A DNA stretch of 63,549 nucleotides, the filler included, from Babesia bigemina (taxonomy: Eukaryota): the NCBI RefSeq assembly GCF_000981445.1. It is 6 parts of 6 records of this genome, joined end to end, with 100 filler letters (N's around TTAATTAATTAA, not from the genome) between each part and the next. Parts side by side here need not be neighbours in the genome. Positions count along the whole stretch, not along the records: positions 22,281 to 48,714 come from NW_012237321.1; 5 more parts are not named here. One strand, 5' to 3'. Shown here one piece after another: positions 36,611 to 48,299 of the stretch (positions are counted from its first letter, which is position 1; each line of letters opens with the position of its first letter). Below the pieces are notes generated by a model. It had not been told where the DNA came from, searched no databases, and saw only the letters and a program-made list of their open reading frames with translations. The position numbers and the translations under genes were made by a program.

Positions 36611-36735
36611 TCGTACTCACGTGTCTACTACCTACACTCACCTAGCATCACCTACTCACCTAACTTATGAATTGTGCTTTAATCTATTGTATCACTCATT
36701 AATCGTTGTATGTGATTGTGTAATAGTTAACTAAA

Positions 36736-37050
36736 GTGCTGACCAATGTGTTGACCAAGGTGCTGACCTAGTGGCTGACCAATGCCATGACCAAAGTGCT
36801 GGCCAAGATGCTGACCAAGGTGCTGACCTACCACCTGGCCAAGTTAGTGGTTACGGCAGCGACGACATGGTTACGGCAGCGATGTCATGGATACGGCAGC
36901 GATGACATGGTCACGGCAGCGATGACATGACCTAAGTGGTGATTATTATCCACTCTACATCGCTCCCTAACCCACTCTACACCGCCCCTTTACCCACTCT
37001 ACATCGCCCCTTTATCCACTCTACATCGCTCCCTAATCCACTCTACATCC
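36736..37050 (+). repeat. Compact 12-bp / 21-bp / 22-bp repeat module
   Basis: 12-mers ~36736-36845, 21-mers ~36848-36930, linker AAGTGGTGATTATTAT, then 4-5 22-mers at 36949-37050. Confidence 0.9.
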
Positions 37051-37090
37051 CTTGAATCACCTCGCCATAATACGGCTATGACCTTTTTAA

Positions 37091-39517
37091 ACCATAACAA
37101 TAACTTGTGGCTTGTCACCCTTCACCTCCCCCTCCCCCCTCCTCGCCCCCCTCAAGTCCGGCCTCTCCAACTTCGCCCAGCAACTCGGCCACGCGTACGT
37201 GAACAGGTACTCGGGTAAACATTTCAACGGGGGTCTAATTGTTACTAAAACCATTACTGACGACACCAAACAACCTCCTAACTCCCCCAAAACTATTGAG
37301 GAATTAACCCCTGAGGGCCGCAACTGCGCCAAGGTCTGCCTGACGATAGTGGAGATACTGGTTAACGATTTTGAAAAATTGTTCACAGCAACTGGTGGCA
37401 ACAAAAAAATGCAAATTAATCTAGATGAAGGTAACAGACTTGGCGTTTTTTTCAGGGCGAAAGGTTACGATGTCGCCGAAGGTGCATCCACCCAGGACGG
37501 TGAGCTGCAGAACAGTAGCGACATGACCGGAGAGAAGATTAGAGAATTATGTGACTATACAATTACGGTGCGTAATAGTGGTGAATATGACCCTAAGACG
37601 CAGCAACTTCAAGCAATTGATCGCGGTGTGACAACTTTCGACAGATGGATAAGGTACCTCTACGTCTACCTCTCCAATTACCGTACTGTCTGCCATCTCA
37701 AGCACATCGCTAAGCCACGGACACCCACGACGATTAACCAAATGTTACACTGGGTCAACGGGCTGCCGTATACAACCGTCTATAACGAACTTACAGTTCA
37801 AGGTTTCGGTGAGCTGTTCGAGAAGCAGGAGGAAGAGGAGCCTGTCGAAGGTGAGATCGTCATTAAAACCGATGACGATGACACGTTGGAGGCTTATCCA
37901 GAAGACATCACTGCCGAAAAAATGAGAGACACGCTCACAGATGTATGCCGCTTTACGGATAGAGTGCTGGTCTGCATCCTCGGTCATGGACACGCCGAAG
38001 GCAGATATGCGTGCGATTTCAGCACCAACCCAGATGGTTTATTGTATCCTAGCAACGCAAGTGCCTGCTTGGACATGCTGGTGGATATACTGAAACGACT
38101 CTATGAGCAGTTTTATTTCCTATTTATTCAGTGCTCACGTGAGAAAGATAACGTGAGTTGGAGAGACTGCTGGTACGGTCGGCACGTCGGTGGCTCAGAC
38201 TGGAGGTGCAATGAGAAGCAATGCATCAACCAAATGGTCAACCAAAGTGCTGACCAAAAGGCCAACCAAAGCTGTGGCCAAACGTGTGATCGGCACCCTA
38301 GTTGCGGTTTGAAGTCACCCCTCCAATCCTTCCTCGAAGATGGGCTTCCGGGTTTCCTTCCTCATTCAATTAAGAAGCCCGGGTGTAAATTAGACTGCAC
38401 TGTTTCCAACCATAGGGGATTGCCTTGTAAGACGCCAATGGGCTTCGGGGATATTAGTCTAACAGCTTCACGTGCATCCAGAGGCGAACGTATGATGAAA
38501 CTACTCGATATGTTCTGTGGGCAGCAGACTAGTCCACTGACGAAGCTATGTGGTTACTTCAACTGTCTGCTGCAAATGCCTCCGCAAACGCTGGGAGATA
38601 TGTTTGCGTTCTACCATAATCTACTTGTCGATTGGAATGGTGCGGCCAAGGGCTTAATAGATGGTCCGAAACATAAGAAAAGTGCGTTCTTTAGCGCCGT
38701 TACCAGTGCTAACTTCGGCATTGAGTATCCAGAATTGGACGTATCTACGCTGTTCTTTACATCGAATCATACGGGTAATGGAGGTAATGGTGACCTACTA
38801 TGCCTCCTCAGTTGTGGCAGTGCATCGTTGACAACAACCTGTGGCCGGTATCTGCAGCCTTTCGGTATGAATACGTGGACAGTATTTTCAGAGAAACACG
38901 CAGACAAATACCTCTCCTGGATCGTCTACATCACCGAAACGTTCTATTATTTGCTCGAACAGCTGCTAAAAGAGTGCTGCCGAAATTGCACGTCATCGCA
39001 ATCCAGGTGCAATGGTAAAGTCTGCCCTAAAACATGTCAAGTCAAATACACGAGTGAAGAAACAAAGTCGCAATCCGTATCAACTATTCATCACACCAAG
39101 GACTGCAAATCCATCGCTTACTGCCCCTTTACACGTCCCACTTTATGTAAGTACGGCTTCGTTTTCAAAAGCCTGTCAAACATGAGCGGCACTAGTGGCG
39201 ATTCCACAAAGCGCACCTGCAAAGATCTATGTCACGCATTGCAAAATGTTCTACTTAAAGGAAAAGTACTCGGCGAATTCACCCATGTCACAATTCCAGA
39301 ATTTCTGTGGAACATTCGCAGTAAATTCTTCTGGCTCAACGTCGCCCTCTGGCTCCTCTCCTTCCTGTACCTCATCCACATCATGGTCATCCGCCTCGAC
39401 CTGCTCCACATCAAATCGCATTTACATAGTCCATCATCTCATCGCATCGCTGCTCAATCACTACTTGCTGCTGCAAGAGTTGGAAGACTCAGCAAGATAT
39501 CGTACCTTCAACCATAA
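37091..39517 (+). pseudogene. ves1: ves E: C-terminal half of a VESA1a-like gene (N-terminal half absent); first in-frame ATG at 37409
   Basis: Begins at the mid-gene motif SPLLAPLKSGLSNFAQQLGHAYV; Cys-rich domain (KSPLQSFLEDGLPGFLPH), TM and ...VGRLSKISYLQP tail are intact. Confidence 0.8.
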
Positions 39518-39641
39518 TCGTACTCACGTGTCTACTATCTACACTCACCTAGCATCTCACCTACTCACCTATACAACTAATTGTTGTCTAATGTTTTGAA
39601 TCACTCACTCATCGTTGTACGTGATTGCTTGGTAGATTAAC

Positions 39642-40290
39642 TGATGTGGTGACCAATGTGCTGATCAAAGTGCTGACCAAAATGGTGACCAACGTGGTGA
39701 CCAACGTGTTGACCAACGTGCTGACCAAAGTGTTGACCAACGTGGTGACCAAAGCCATGACCAACGTGGTGACCAAAGCCATGACCAACGTGGTGACCTA
39801 TGTGCTGACCAACGTGGTGACCAATGTGATGACCAATATGCTGACCAAGCACCTGACCTAAGTGCTGACCAAGGTGCTGACCAAAGGCATGCCCAAAGTG
39901 GTGACCAAAGGCATGACCAAAGTACTGACCAAAGGCATGACCAAAGTGGTGTCCAAAGGCATGAACAAGGTGCTGACCAATGCCATGACCAAGTTGATGG
40001 TCACGGCAGCGATCACATGGTCACGGCAGCGATGACATGGTCACGGCAGCGATCACATGGTCACAAGTGGTGATTATTATCCACCCTACATCGCTCCTTA
40101 TCCACTCTACATCGCTCCCTAGTCCACTCTACATCGCCCCTTTACCCGCTCCTACATCGCCCCTTTACCCACTCTACATCGCCCCTTTACCCACTCTACA
40201 TCGTTGCCTAACCCACTCCACATCGCCCCTTTACCCACTCTACATCGCCCCTTTATCCACTCTACATCGCTCCCTAACCCACTCTACATC
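39642..40290 (+). repeat. 12-bp / 21-bp / 22-bp repeat module
   Basis: 12-mers ~39642-39995, 21-mers ~39996-40062, linker, then 22-mers ~40080-40290. Confidence 0.9.
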
Positions 40291-40344
40291 CCTCGAATTA
40301 CTTCGTCTTATTAACGCTATGACCTTTATAAATGATTATAATAA

Positions 40345-43300
40345 CTTGTTGATGCCGACCATTCTCTTGCTGACGATGCTACTAAAAGAGCTTTGAAGGA
40401 CATTGACTCCAAGCTCATTAGCCTTGGTCACCTTGCTGGCCAGCTTGGCGGATTTGTTGGTGAGAGTGAGAGTGTTAAGAAAGCCGTTAAGAATGCTATT
40501 AAAGCTTGTTTCGACACTAATAAAGACCTTAAAAATGACCTTAAACATCTTTACTCTCCTTATGTTACTAACCTTTCTGAGTCTGTCAGGTCTGGTGACC
40601 AGGCTGGTGACACCGGTGAAATTAAAATGCTTACGAATGAAATAACTAGTCAAATCACTGAAACTAAAAGACTAATTGATAGCCTTAATAACCCTCTTAA
40701 TCCCTCTCTCTCTTCCCCCTCTCCCTCTGCTGACCCAGCCAAATTGCAGTCCAAGTTGGAGGCTTTGAGGAAAGTGGAGGAGCTTTGTGGATTTTTGACT
40801 AATCCTAAAAATGCGTCAAATGATCCTAAAAAGCTCTTAGATAATTTATGTGACGGCCTCGAAACCTTTCTCGGCTTCAACTCTGCTTCCAAAGGCTACG
40901 ATGGCGCTGGCATTGTGTACTCTGACCTTGATAGGCTGTGTGACGGGGTGATGGCGTTTTTGTATCAGGTGCTTAAGGATGTCAGCGAGAAACAGCCTTA
41001 CAGTGTGGGTAAAAGAGAGATAAATGAAACTGTTGAAATGCTTAAAAATAATTTATCCACCGGGCGTAAGGGTTTTAGTGTCATTGCGCAGGTGGCGCAG
41101 AGGGTGCGGGAGTATAATGAGAGTGTTAGAAAGGGGAACGATGATATGCAAAGCGTTGTAACTAAAATGCGAAATCACGTTGAAACTGAATTAACAAAAA
41201 AGTTGAACGCCATAAATGAAAATAATCTCACTCATGACCCTTTACTTTCCAAGGCCGTGGAGTCAGCCCAGGCCCTGGCCAAGGAGTACGGTCAAAAAGG
41301 TGAAGACTTTAACAACGGTTTCAATAACATAACAAGAGACGAATTCAGTAGACGTTCCAAAGTTGAACTCAAAGAACAATTTAAGGACTTAAACTCTGAC
41401 TTGAGATCAAAAATCAACAACGCCAGGGACAACGTGTCGCATGAAGCCAATAGGCTTACAACGTTGTCGGCCACGCAGAAAAGAAATTTGGAGGAGACGA
41501 TTGAATTGATAAAACAGACGTGCACATCGCTTAAGAAGTGCGTGAATGATAAGATCAACAAAGACGTTACTGAACTAATGAACAATGTGGAGAAGAGGGT
41601 TGCAGAAATTTTGAAGGTGCTCAAAGAGATTGAAAGTAAGATGAGAGAGTATATTGACGAGTTGGCAAAGTGGATTAACCATGCGGACATAGACGTGGGA
41701 AAGGCAATGAAGGATATGAAAGGAATTATTGATGGTGGTGTCGGCTTCATGTATAATGATGCCTTAAAGGACAAAACGAAAGCGCTGAAAGAAAAGGCTG
41801 AACACGTTTATTGGAGTTTCAGCAGTACAAAAGATCAAGTGGCGGATATGGTTGATAAGGCAAAAACGGACAAAGTTAACGAGTTGACTACCTGGAAGAA
41901 TGCAGGCGACGCGGCGGTTGGAAAGGCGAAGGAGAAGTGCACGGAGGTGGTTAAAAAGTTGAATGGGCAGGGAAGTGAAAAAACGCCTGGTACTAAAGGA
42001 GGCGTAAAAGATGCTGCCGATAAGTTAAGAGAGAAGGCAGATCAGCTTAGGCAGAAGGCGTACGCGGCTAAGATGCAGGTTGAGAAGAAAGTGAAAGATG
42101 CATTGAAGGCTGTGTATGAGATGAATGAAGCGCTGAAGCAGGATCTGTGGAGCGTGAGGGAGGCGATTACAGGTGAGGTTACGAAAATTCAGCAGGCCAT
42201 TGGAAATCTGCACGGGGTTGTTAAGAGTGGCGACGCAAGAAATGTAAATGCAGAGAAAACAATTGTGGAAGTTATGCAGCATATTCATGAACAGGTTGGG
42301 CTTATTAAAGGTAAAAAAACCACAGGTATCGAAGGTATTATAAAGGGCATCGAAGTTTATGCGCTGCGAGCTGGGAGACAGTTTGAGCGAGATATTTTAA
42401 AGAAATGGATCGACAAGATTGTTGATGCTGAAAATGGTCAGATAAACAAGAGCATGAATTTATTCGTTGGCACTAACTCTGAGAAATTGAGAGGTGGCGG
42501 TGGGTTAACAGCTGTTAAAGATGGGCTCAAAGAAAAACTTCCCGGTGTCATTCTTATGGCATTGCCAGAAGTTGCAGCAATGCATCTTGATAGAGCAACG
42601 GTGGGTGACATCGCTGAAAAATTCAAACAATTCGGCCAGAACATTTACGGTCAGCTGACAGGACAGACGCGAGCTGGTTTTACAGTGTCGTCAGCAGCCG
42701 ATGAAGTTGCGAAACATCACAAGTTCAGTGGCGCACCCAAAAATCAGTATCTCGAACAGGCTGTTGAACACATTTTGTATTCTGTTGCCGTATCGGCAAC
42801 AAATATGGCGGAGCAGCTTTCGCAATTTGTCACAGAGTCAAAAATTCAGAACTTGAACGACATTTTTGATAGCGCAACAGTGCTTGATACGAATCTTGGG
42901 AAGGCACTTGGAAAGCAGCACTCTCTCGGCAGCAACAACTACGCCGAATCCGTTGACATCGCAATACAAGCTATGACTAAGAAAGCAGCAGAGCAGCTGC
43001 CGGGTGATAGCTCATCGGTTGACTTAACGCAGGTCAAAAGTAGTTTCACGCGGTACGGTATGCACGTGGATCAAAGAACAGTTGACGCCCTTAGGGATGG
43101 TAGAATAGAAAGCATTACGGGTGATAGAAACAGCAATAAACTCCCACATGCCATCAAAGGGATTAACGATCAGGTGGTTGCTGAGACGTTGAGAGATGTC
43201 GTAGAAGCAAAGAACGGCGGTGATACACAAATACACAAAGACACCTTCTCCACCCTGCGCGCCACCGTCGACACCAATCTCGACAAATTCACTGAAGCCG

Positions 43301-46300
43301 TTGAGAAGCTTGTTAAAAAGGATGAGGTGAATTCTACCGTCAATGGTTACCTGGAGGATATTGAAAGGATGCTATCAAACACCGAAACGGTCAACCTCAC
43401 CGCCGCTGAAATGACTGATCACACCTCCGTCAAAGGCTTCGTGACGATCAAAGGCGAAATCGACGCCGCGCTCGAAGGAATTAAAGCTAAGGCTAATTCG
43501 GATTTCGACGCTGAAAAAACAGCTACACAAAATGCACAAATATTTACAACTTTGTCCGCCGAAATCACATCCAATCTCGACAAGCTTAAGACGGCGATCT
43601 CAGAAGCTGGCACAAAAGTCAAAACACAGTTGGAGGCGATTCAGAGAAACATCGGCCGTAAAGAACACGGTGACAAATCTGCGGCTACTAGGGGCACACT
43701 CCAAAAAATCCACGACGACATCGTCAACGTGCTTCGCGATCAACTGGAACCTGTCATCAAATCGGTCACTGAACTACAAAAATTCACCAAAAACGAAAAA
43801 TATCGATCCATAACCTCCATGTGTGATTTCGTCGACAAGGAAGTCCAAGATGCCACCAACAAACTCATCACCCAGGCCAACAAAAACTACGTGACGTCCG
43901 TCAAAGAGATGCTGCAGGCCTTTGCCGACAAGGTGCAGAAGGAACTAAAGCCCCTACCCGGCGAGATTGACACCGACAGGAAGCACGGCTTTAAGGGTTT
44001 CATGCGGACGTTGCAGGGGAAAATCGGAGAGAATGGTGAGACTTCGACTGACAATGTTGACAAACTCAAGGGTCTCATAGGTGAACTGTCAGCAAATGTG
44101 AATCACAAGGAGGCGTGCGCAAAATTGTCGCAAAAATTCAAACAGTTCTGCTCACCACTCCACGGCTACCTCAAAGAAGAGATCCAACGAGTTCACGAAG
44201 CAAATAAAGAGAAAAGCAATCCCAAGCCGTCCGGCGACGAACAGCTCTACACCTCCAAACTCGACGCTGCGCATACCGCGCTCAACAACCTACTCGATCA
44301 CATTAGTAATCACCGCTACAACCACGAAGTGCCCTCAATGCTTGACCAGCTCTCCACTAAAGTCGATGATCTCCACCCTGAGTCATTTAATGAGCCAAAC
44401 ACTCCCCTGCTTGACGGCGTTGGCAAGGGGCTGCGTGAGTTTGCGGCTGAGCTTAGTAAAACCTATTTAAACGCTTACGATGGCGCTTCGGATGGCATGG
44501 TATTGGTCGACGCAAGAACTACGAAAGTGACCGATGATGGCAAAAGGTGCGCTAAAGTGTGCCTGTCGCTGCTCTCCATCCTGTATTCCGAGTTCAAGAC
44601 TATACTGAAGTACTGCGTTGCAAGGTGTAAAAGCGATCAAATAAACATAAACACAGACCTCGGAAAATATTTCGCCACTCAAGGCTACAAGGTTACCGAG
44701 GACGGGAAGAAGCACTGGGAGCTGCAGGACAGTAAAGGCATGACAGGACTATTCATCTGCAAACGTATGTTCGGAAGTGATGAACACCACTTGTATTACA
44801 TTGATAAATCCAAGCAAAACGCACTGGATACACTGCACGACTGTCTCCAGATATATTACCAAGTCTGCCACGTCGCCACCTTCTCTGCGAGGAAACGTCC
44901 ATGTAACATATTCGAGATGCTTTGCTGGGTGTCTGGTCTCCCGTGCAATAACGTTTTTGACGAAATGTTACATGAGACTGTCAGTGAACTATTCGTCGAT
45001 CCAAGTAAACAGCCTGAAGACGCCGATGGCATCCCCGTCACATATATCAGCGATGAACCCCTCGCAGCGTACCCACTGTCGATCGCATATGACGACACAC
45101 GCAGGGCGGTGAAACGCCTGTGTTCGAGATCCCACGATATTCTCACAACAATCGCTGGAACCGGTGACGCGTACTCCATGTACGCCGTGGACTACTCGAC
45201 CAATTCGCTGAACTTTCACTACCCATCCAAGGGCGAAGATTGCCTCCAGATGCTATTGGATGTGCTTCGCAGACTACTACCCTCACTTAAATTTTTGCAT
45301 ACTCAATGCGGCCTAAGCTCTGCATACCACGGCTGGTCCGGCTGTCAGTACGGCAGAGGAGTCAAACACTCCAATTGGCAATGCGGTGAACATCCCGCCG
45401 ACGAGTCAACCGATTGCCTACCTAGATCGCCGTTGATGTCGTATCTTCGCGACTGCCTACCCGGGTGCCTGCCTCACCAGTTGGTTTCAGCGGGGTGTAA
45501 GTCCCGAGTGTAAACGTGTCCCAAAGCTACCCGGTGCGCCATGTATAACACCACTTGGGTTCAGAGGTTTCTCTGAGCACGAAGACGGTAAGACATATGC
45601 ATGTGCTGACCAATTTCTTCGACATTCGATTAACACGCTGTTCGGTCTGCTGCCCAGCCGCCATCTACATTGCCCGACACTTTCCAATTTGCGTGACGCT
45701 AAGCAGTATGTAGATCATGGCAAGTCCGCCAGTGATGATGTCAGCTTAGCTTTTGAAACAAAAACCAAAGCGCTGTCCATCGAGCTATACAAGGAGACAA
45801 GCAAACTCACAGGTGCGCTGCAGAATGCATATCGCAACCAAACAGGCCACAACAGCTCGGGCCATTCCAAATCCACGGAAGCTGACTTGTGGAGCCTGTC
45901 AAGAGAATCATGCAATCTACCTCATGACAGGGATATTCACTGTGCTCCCTACCTCTGCTCCACATCTTCAGATGCGTACAAGTACCTCGCCAAAAAGCAC
46001 GCCGATCTCTACCTGTCATGGGCTGTATATCTGCCGTGGACATTCTACAGTTACCTTAAATCGTTGCTCGATGCGTTCCAGCAAATTGATTGTGGAGGCT
46101 CCGGTTGTACGAAATGTTCGTGCAAGCCGGGTAAGCATGGTGTCGAGTACAACTGCAAGTGCAACGCATTGATAAGCTGTCGTGGAGTGATGACTACGTT
46201 CTACCAGTACGGATTCACTTTCGGCAACGCAAAAACGCTGTATGGAACTAACAGAAAATTCTGCCATAGTTTCCATACGCAACTGAGTAATCTGCTGAAA

Positions 46301-46555
46301 TCGCAATACTTCACCAAATTATTTGAAGAATGTGACAACTTCATCTGGACCATCAGAGAACCGTTCACCTATCTAATCCTCGCACTCTGGTCACTGTCCC
46401 TCTTCTACCTCATGTGCGTGATGGTTGGCAGACTGGATGTGCTCCACATCAGGTCACACCTGAGGATACCGTCGTCGCACAGGATAACGGCGCAGTCATT
46501 GTTGGCGGCAGCGCAAGTCGGAAGGCTTGCCAAGATATCGTATCTACAACCGTAA
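40345..46555 (+). pseudogene. ves1: ves F: VESA1a-like, 5'-degenerate, with clustered frameshifts at ~45500-45720
   Basis: ORFs 40393-45513 and 45689-46555 are the two parts of one gene. The intervening sequence encodes PCITPLGFRGFS and PPSTLP.HF across shifting frames. Tail ...AQVGRLAKISYLQP. May be intact in vivo. Confidence 0.8.
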
Positions 46556-46699
46556 TTGTATTCACATCTGTAACTCACAGCAACTCACGTAACAACTCAC
46601 CTACTCACCTAACTGACAAACGTAGTCTAATGTCTCGAATTACTCTAGCGGCAACCTGTGAACTAGATAGCGTTGAAATTAAGTGATGACTCAAAGACA

Positions 46700-47030
46700 A
46701 TGCAAAGTGCTAACCTAGCAACCAGGCAAAGTGTTGACCTAGCACCCAGGCAAAGTGCTAAGCTGGCGACCAGGCAAAGTGCTAACCTAGCAACCAGGCA
46801 AAGTGTTGACCTAGCACCCAGGCAACGTGTTGACCTAGCAACCAGGCAACGTGCTAAGCTAGCAACCAGGCAACGTGGTGACCTAGCACACGGGCAAAGT
46901 GTTGACCTAGCACACGGGCAACGTGGTGACCTAGCAACCAGGCAAAGTGGTAAGCTGGCACACAGGCAAAGTGGTAAGCTAGCACACAGGCAAAGTGCTA
47001 AGCTAGCAACCAGGCAAAGTGGTAAGCTGG
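46700..47030 (+). repeat. 24-bp tandem repeat (CAAAGTGCTAACCTAGCAACCAGG-type), 14 units
   Basis: Direct tandem periodicity; follows the type-2 ves tail. Confidence 0.9.
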
Positions 47031-47034
47031 CGGA

Positions 47035-47525
47035 TGAAACGTAATATGGCAAGTTGGTTGTTGCGTTGAGCTGTGCGTTGACTGTGAGAGGTGTCTGCGT
47101 TGCCCATTGAGTCAGTGTCACGTGAGGCTGGGTGATTGGTCGCTAACGTAGGCGGTCGTGATGGCCGCGGCGGGTGACCCAAGCCGTGTGTTGCGAGTCA
47201 CTGGCAGGGTGGCGTAATCTGCGTTGGCCTCGTTAAGTAGCATTTATAGGCGTCAATGTAGCGATCGTTAATATCACATTTAGGCACGTAGCGGACACAC
47301 TCCGCCAGTATGGCGCCGATACCGCGGCTCGTAGCACGGTGCTGCTGCACTGTGGGAGTTGAGCGCACGGAGTCGCTGCAATTTTTATGGCGTTGCGAAT
47401 AGTGAATAATTTGAAGTGACAGTTGGTGCCGATCACATGCGTCGCGTCAGGCGCAGCTGTGGTATCCTGGGCAGCGTGGGTGTCGGAGCCCGGGCTGGGG
47501 GGATACAGCGGTGAGGGTGCGTGTT
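47035..47525 (+). promoter_or_regulatory. Conserved ~500-bp non-repetitive element (copy 1), candidate promoter/5' region of the downstream small gene
   Basis: Highly similar and collinear with 54332-54840; no conserved ORF; identical position in both cassettes. Function is inferred. Confidence 0.45.
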
Positions 47526-47527
47526 GA

Positions 47528-48290
47528 TGAGGGGACTGGGCGCGGCAGTGGTAGTGTAGCAGTTGGTGAGTGCTTGCTAGGTGATTGATATGTTTGCAGG
47601 CTGAGGGTACTGGGAGTGGGAGTGGTACGTGTAGTAGTTGGTGAGTGCTGCTTGAGTGATTGATGTTAGCTGGTTGAGGGGACTGGGAGCGGCAGTGGTA
47701 GTGTTGCTGTTGGTGAGTGCGTTGCTTAGGTGATTGATATGTTTGCAGGCTGAGGGGACTGGGAGCGGCAGTGGTACGTGTTGCAGTTGGTGAGTGCTTG
47801 CTAGGTGATTGATACGTTCGCAGGTTGAGTGGACTGGGAGCGGCAGTGGTAGTGTTGCAGTTGGTGAGTGCTTTGCTAGGTGATTGATATGTTAGCAGGT
47901 TGAGGGGACTGGGCGCGGCAGTGGTAGTGTTGCAGTTGGTGAGTGCGTTGCAAGGTGATTGATATGTCTGCAGGTTGAGGGGAGTGGTAGCGGCAGTGGT
48001 ACGTGTTGCAGTTGGTGAGTGCTGCTTGAGTGATTGATGTTAGCTGGTTGAGGGGACTGGGAGCGGCAGTGGTAGTGTTGCTGTTGGTGAGTGCGTTGCT
48101 TAGGTGATTGATATGTTTGCAGGCTGAGGGGACTGGGAGCGGCAGTGGTAGTGTTGCAGTTGGTGAGTGCTTGCTAGGTGATTGATATGATTGCAGGTTG
48201 AGGGGACTGGGAGCGGCAGTGGTAGTGTTGCAGTTGGTGAGTGCTGCTTAGGTGATTGATATGTTTGCAGGCTGAGGGGACTGGGAGGGA
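47528..48290 (+). repeat. ~74-bp tandem array, 10 units, each containing a GTGAGT...GCAG micro-intron-like segment
   Basis: Unit GTTGAGGGGACTGGGAGCGGCAGTGGTAGTGTTGCAGTTG + GTGAGTG(variable)GTGATTGATATGTTTGCAG. Confidence 0.9.
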
Positions 48291-48299
48291 CAGGGGAAG

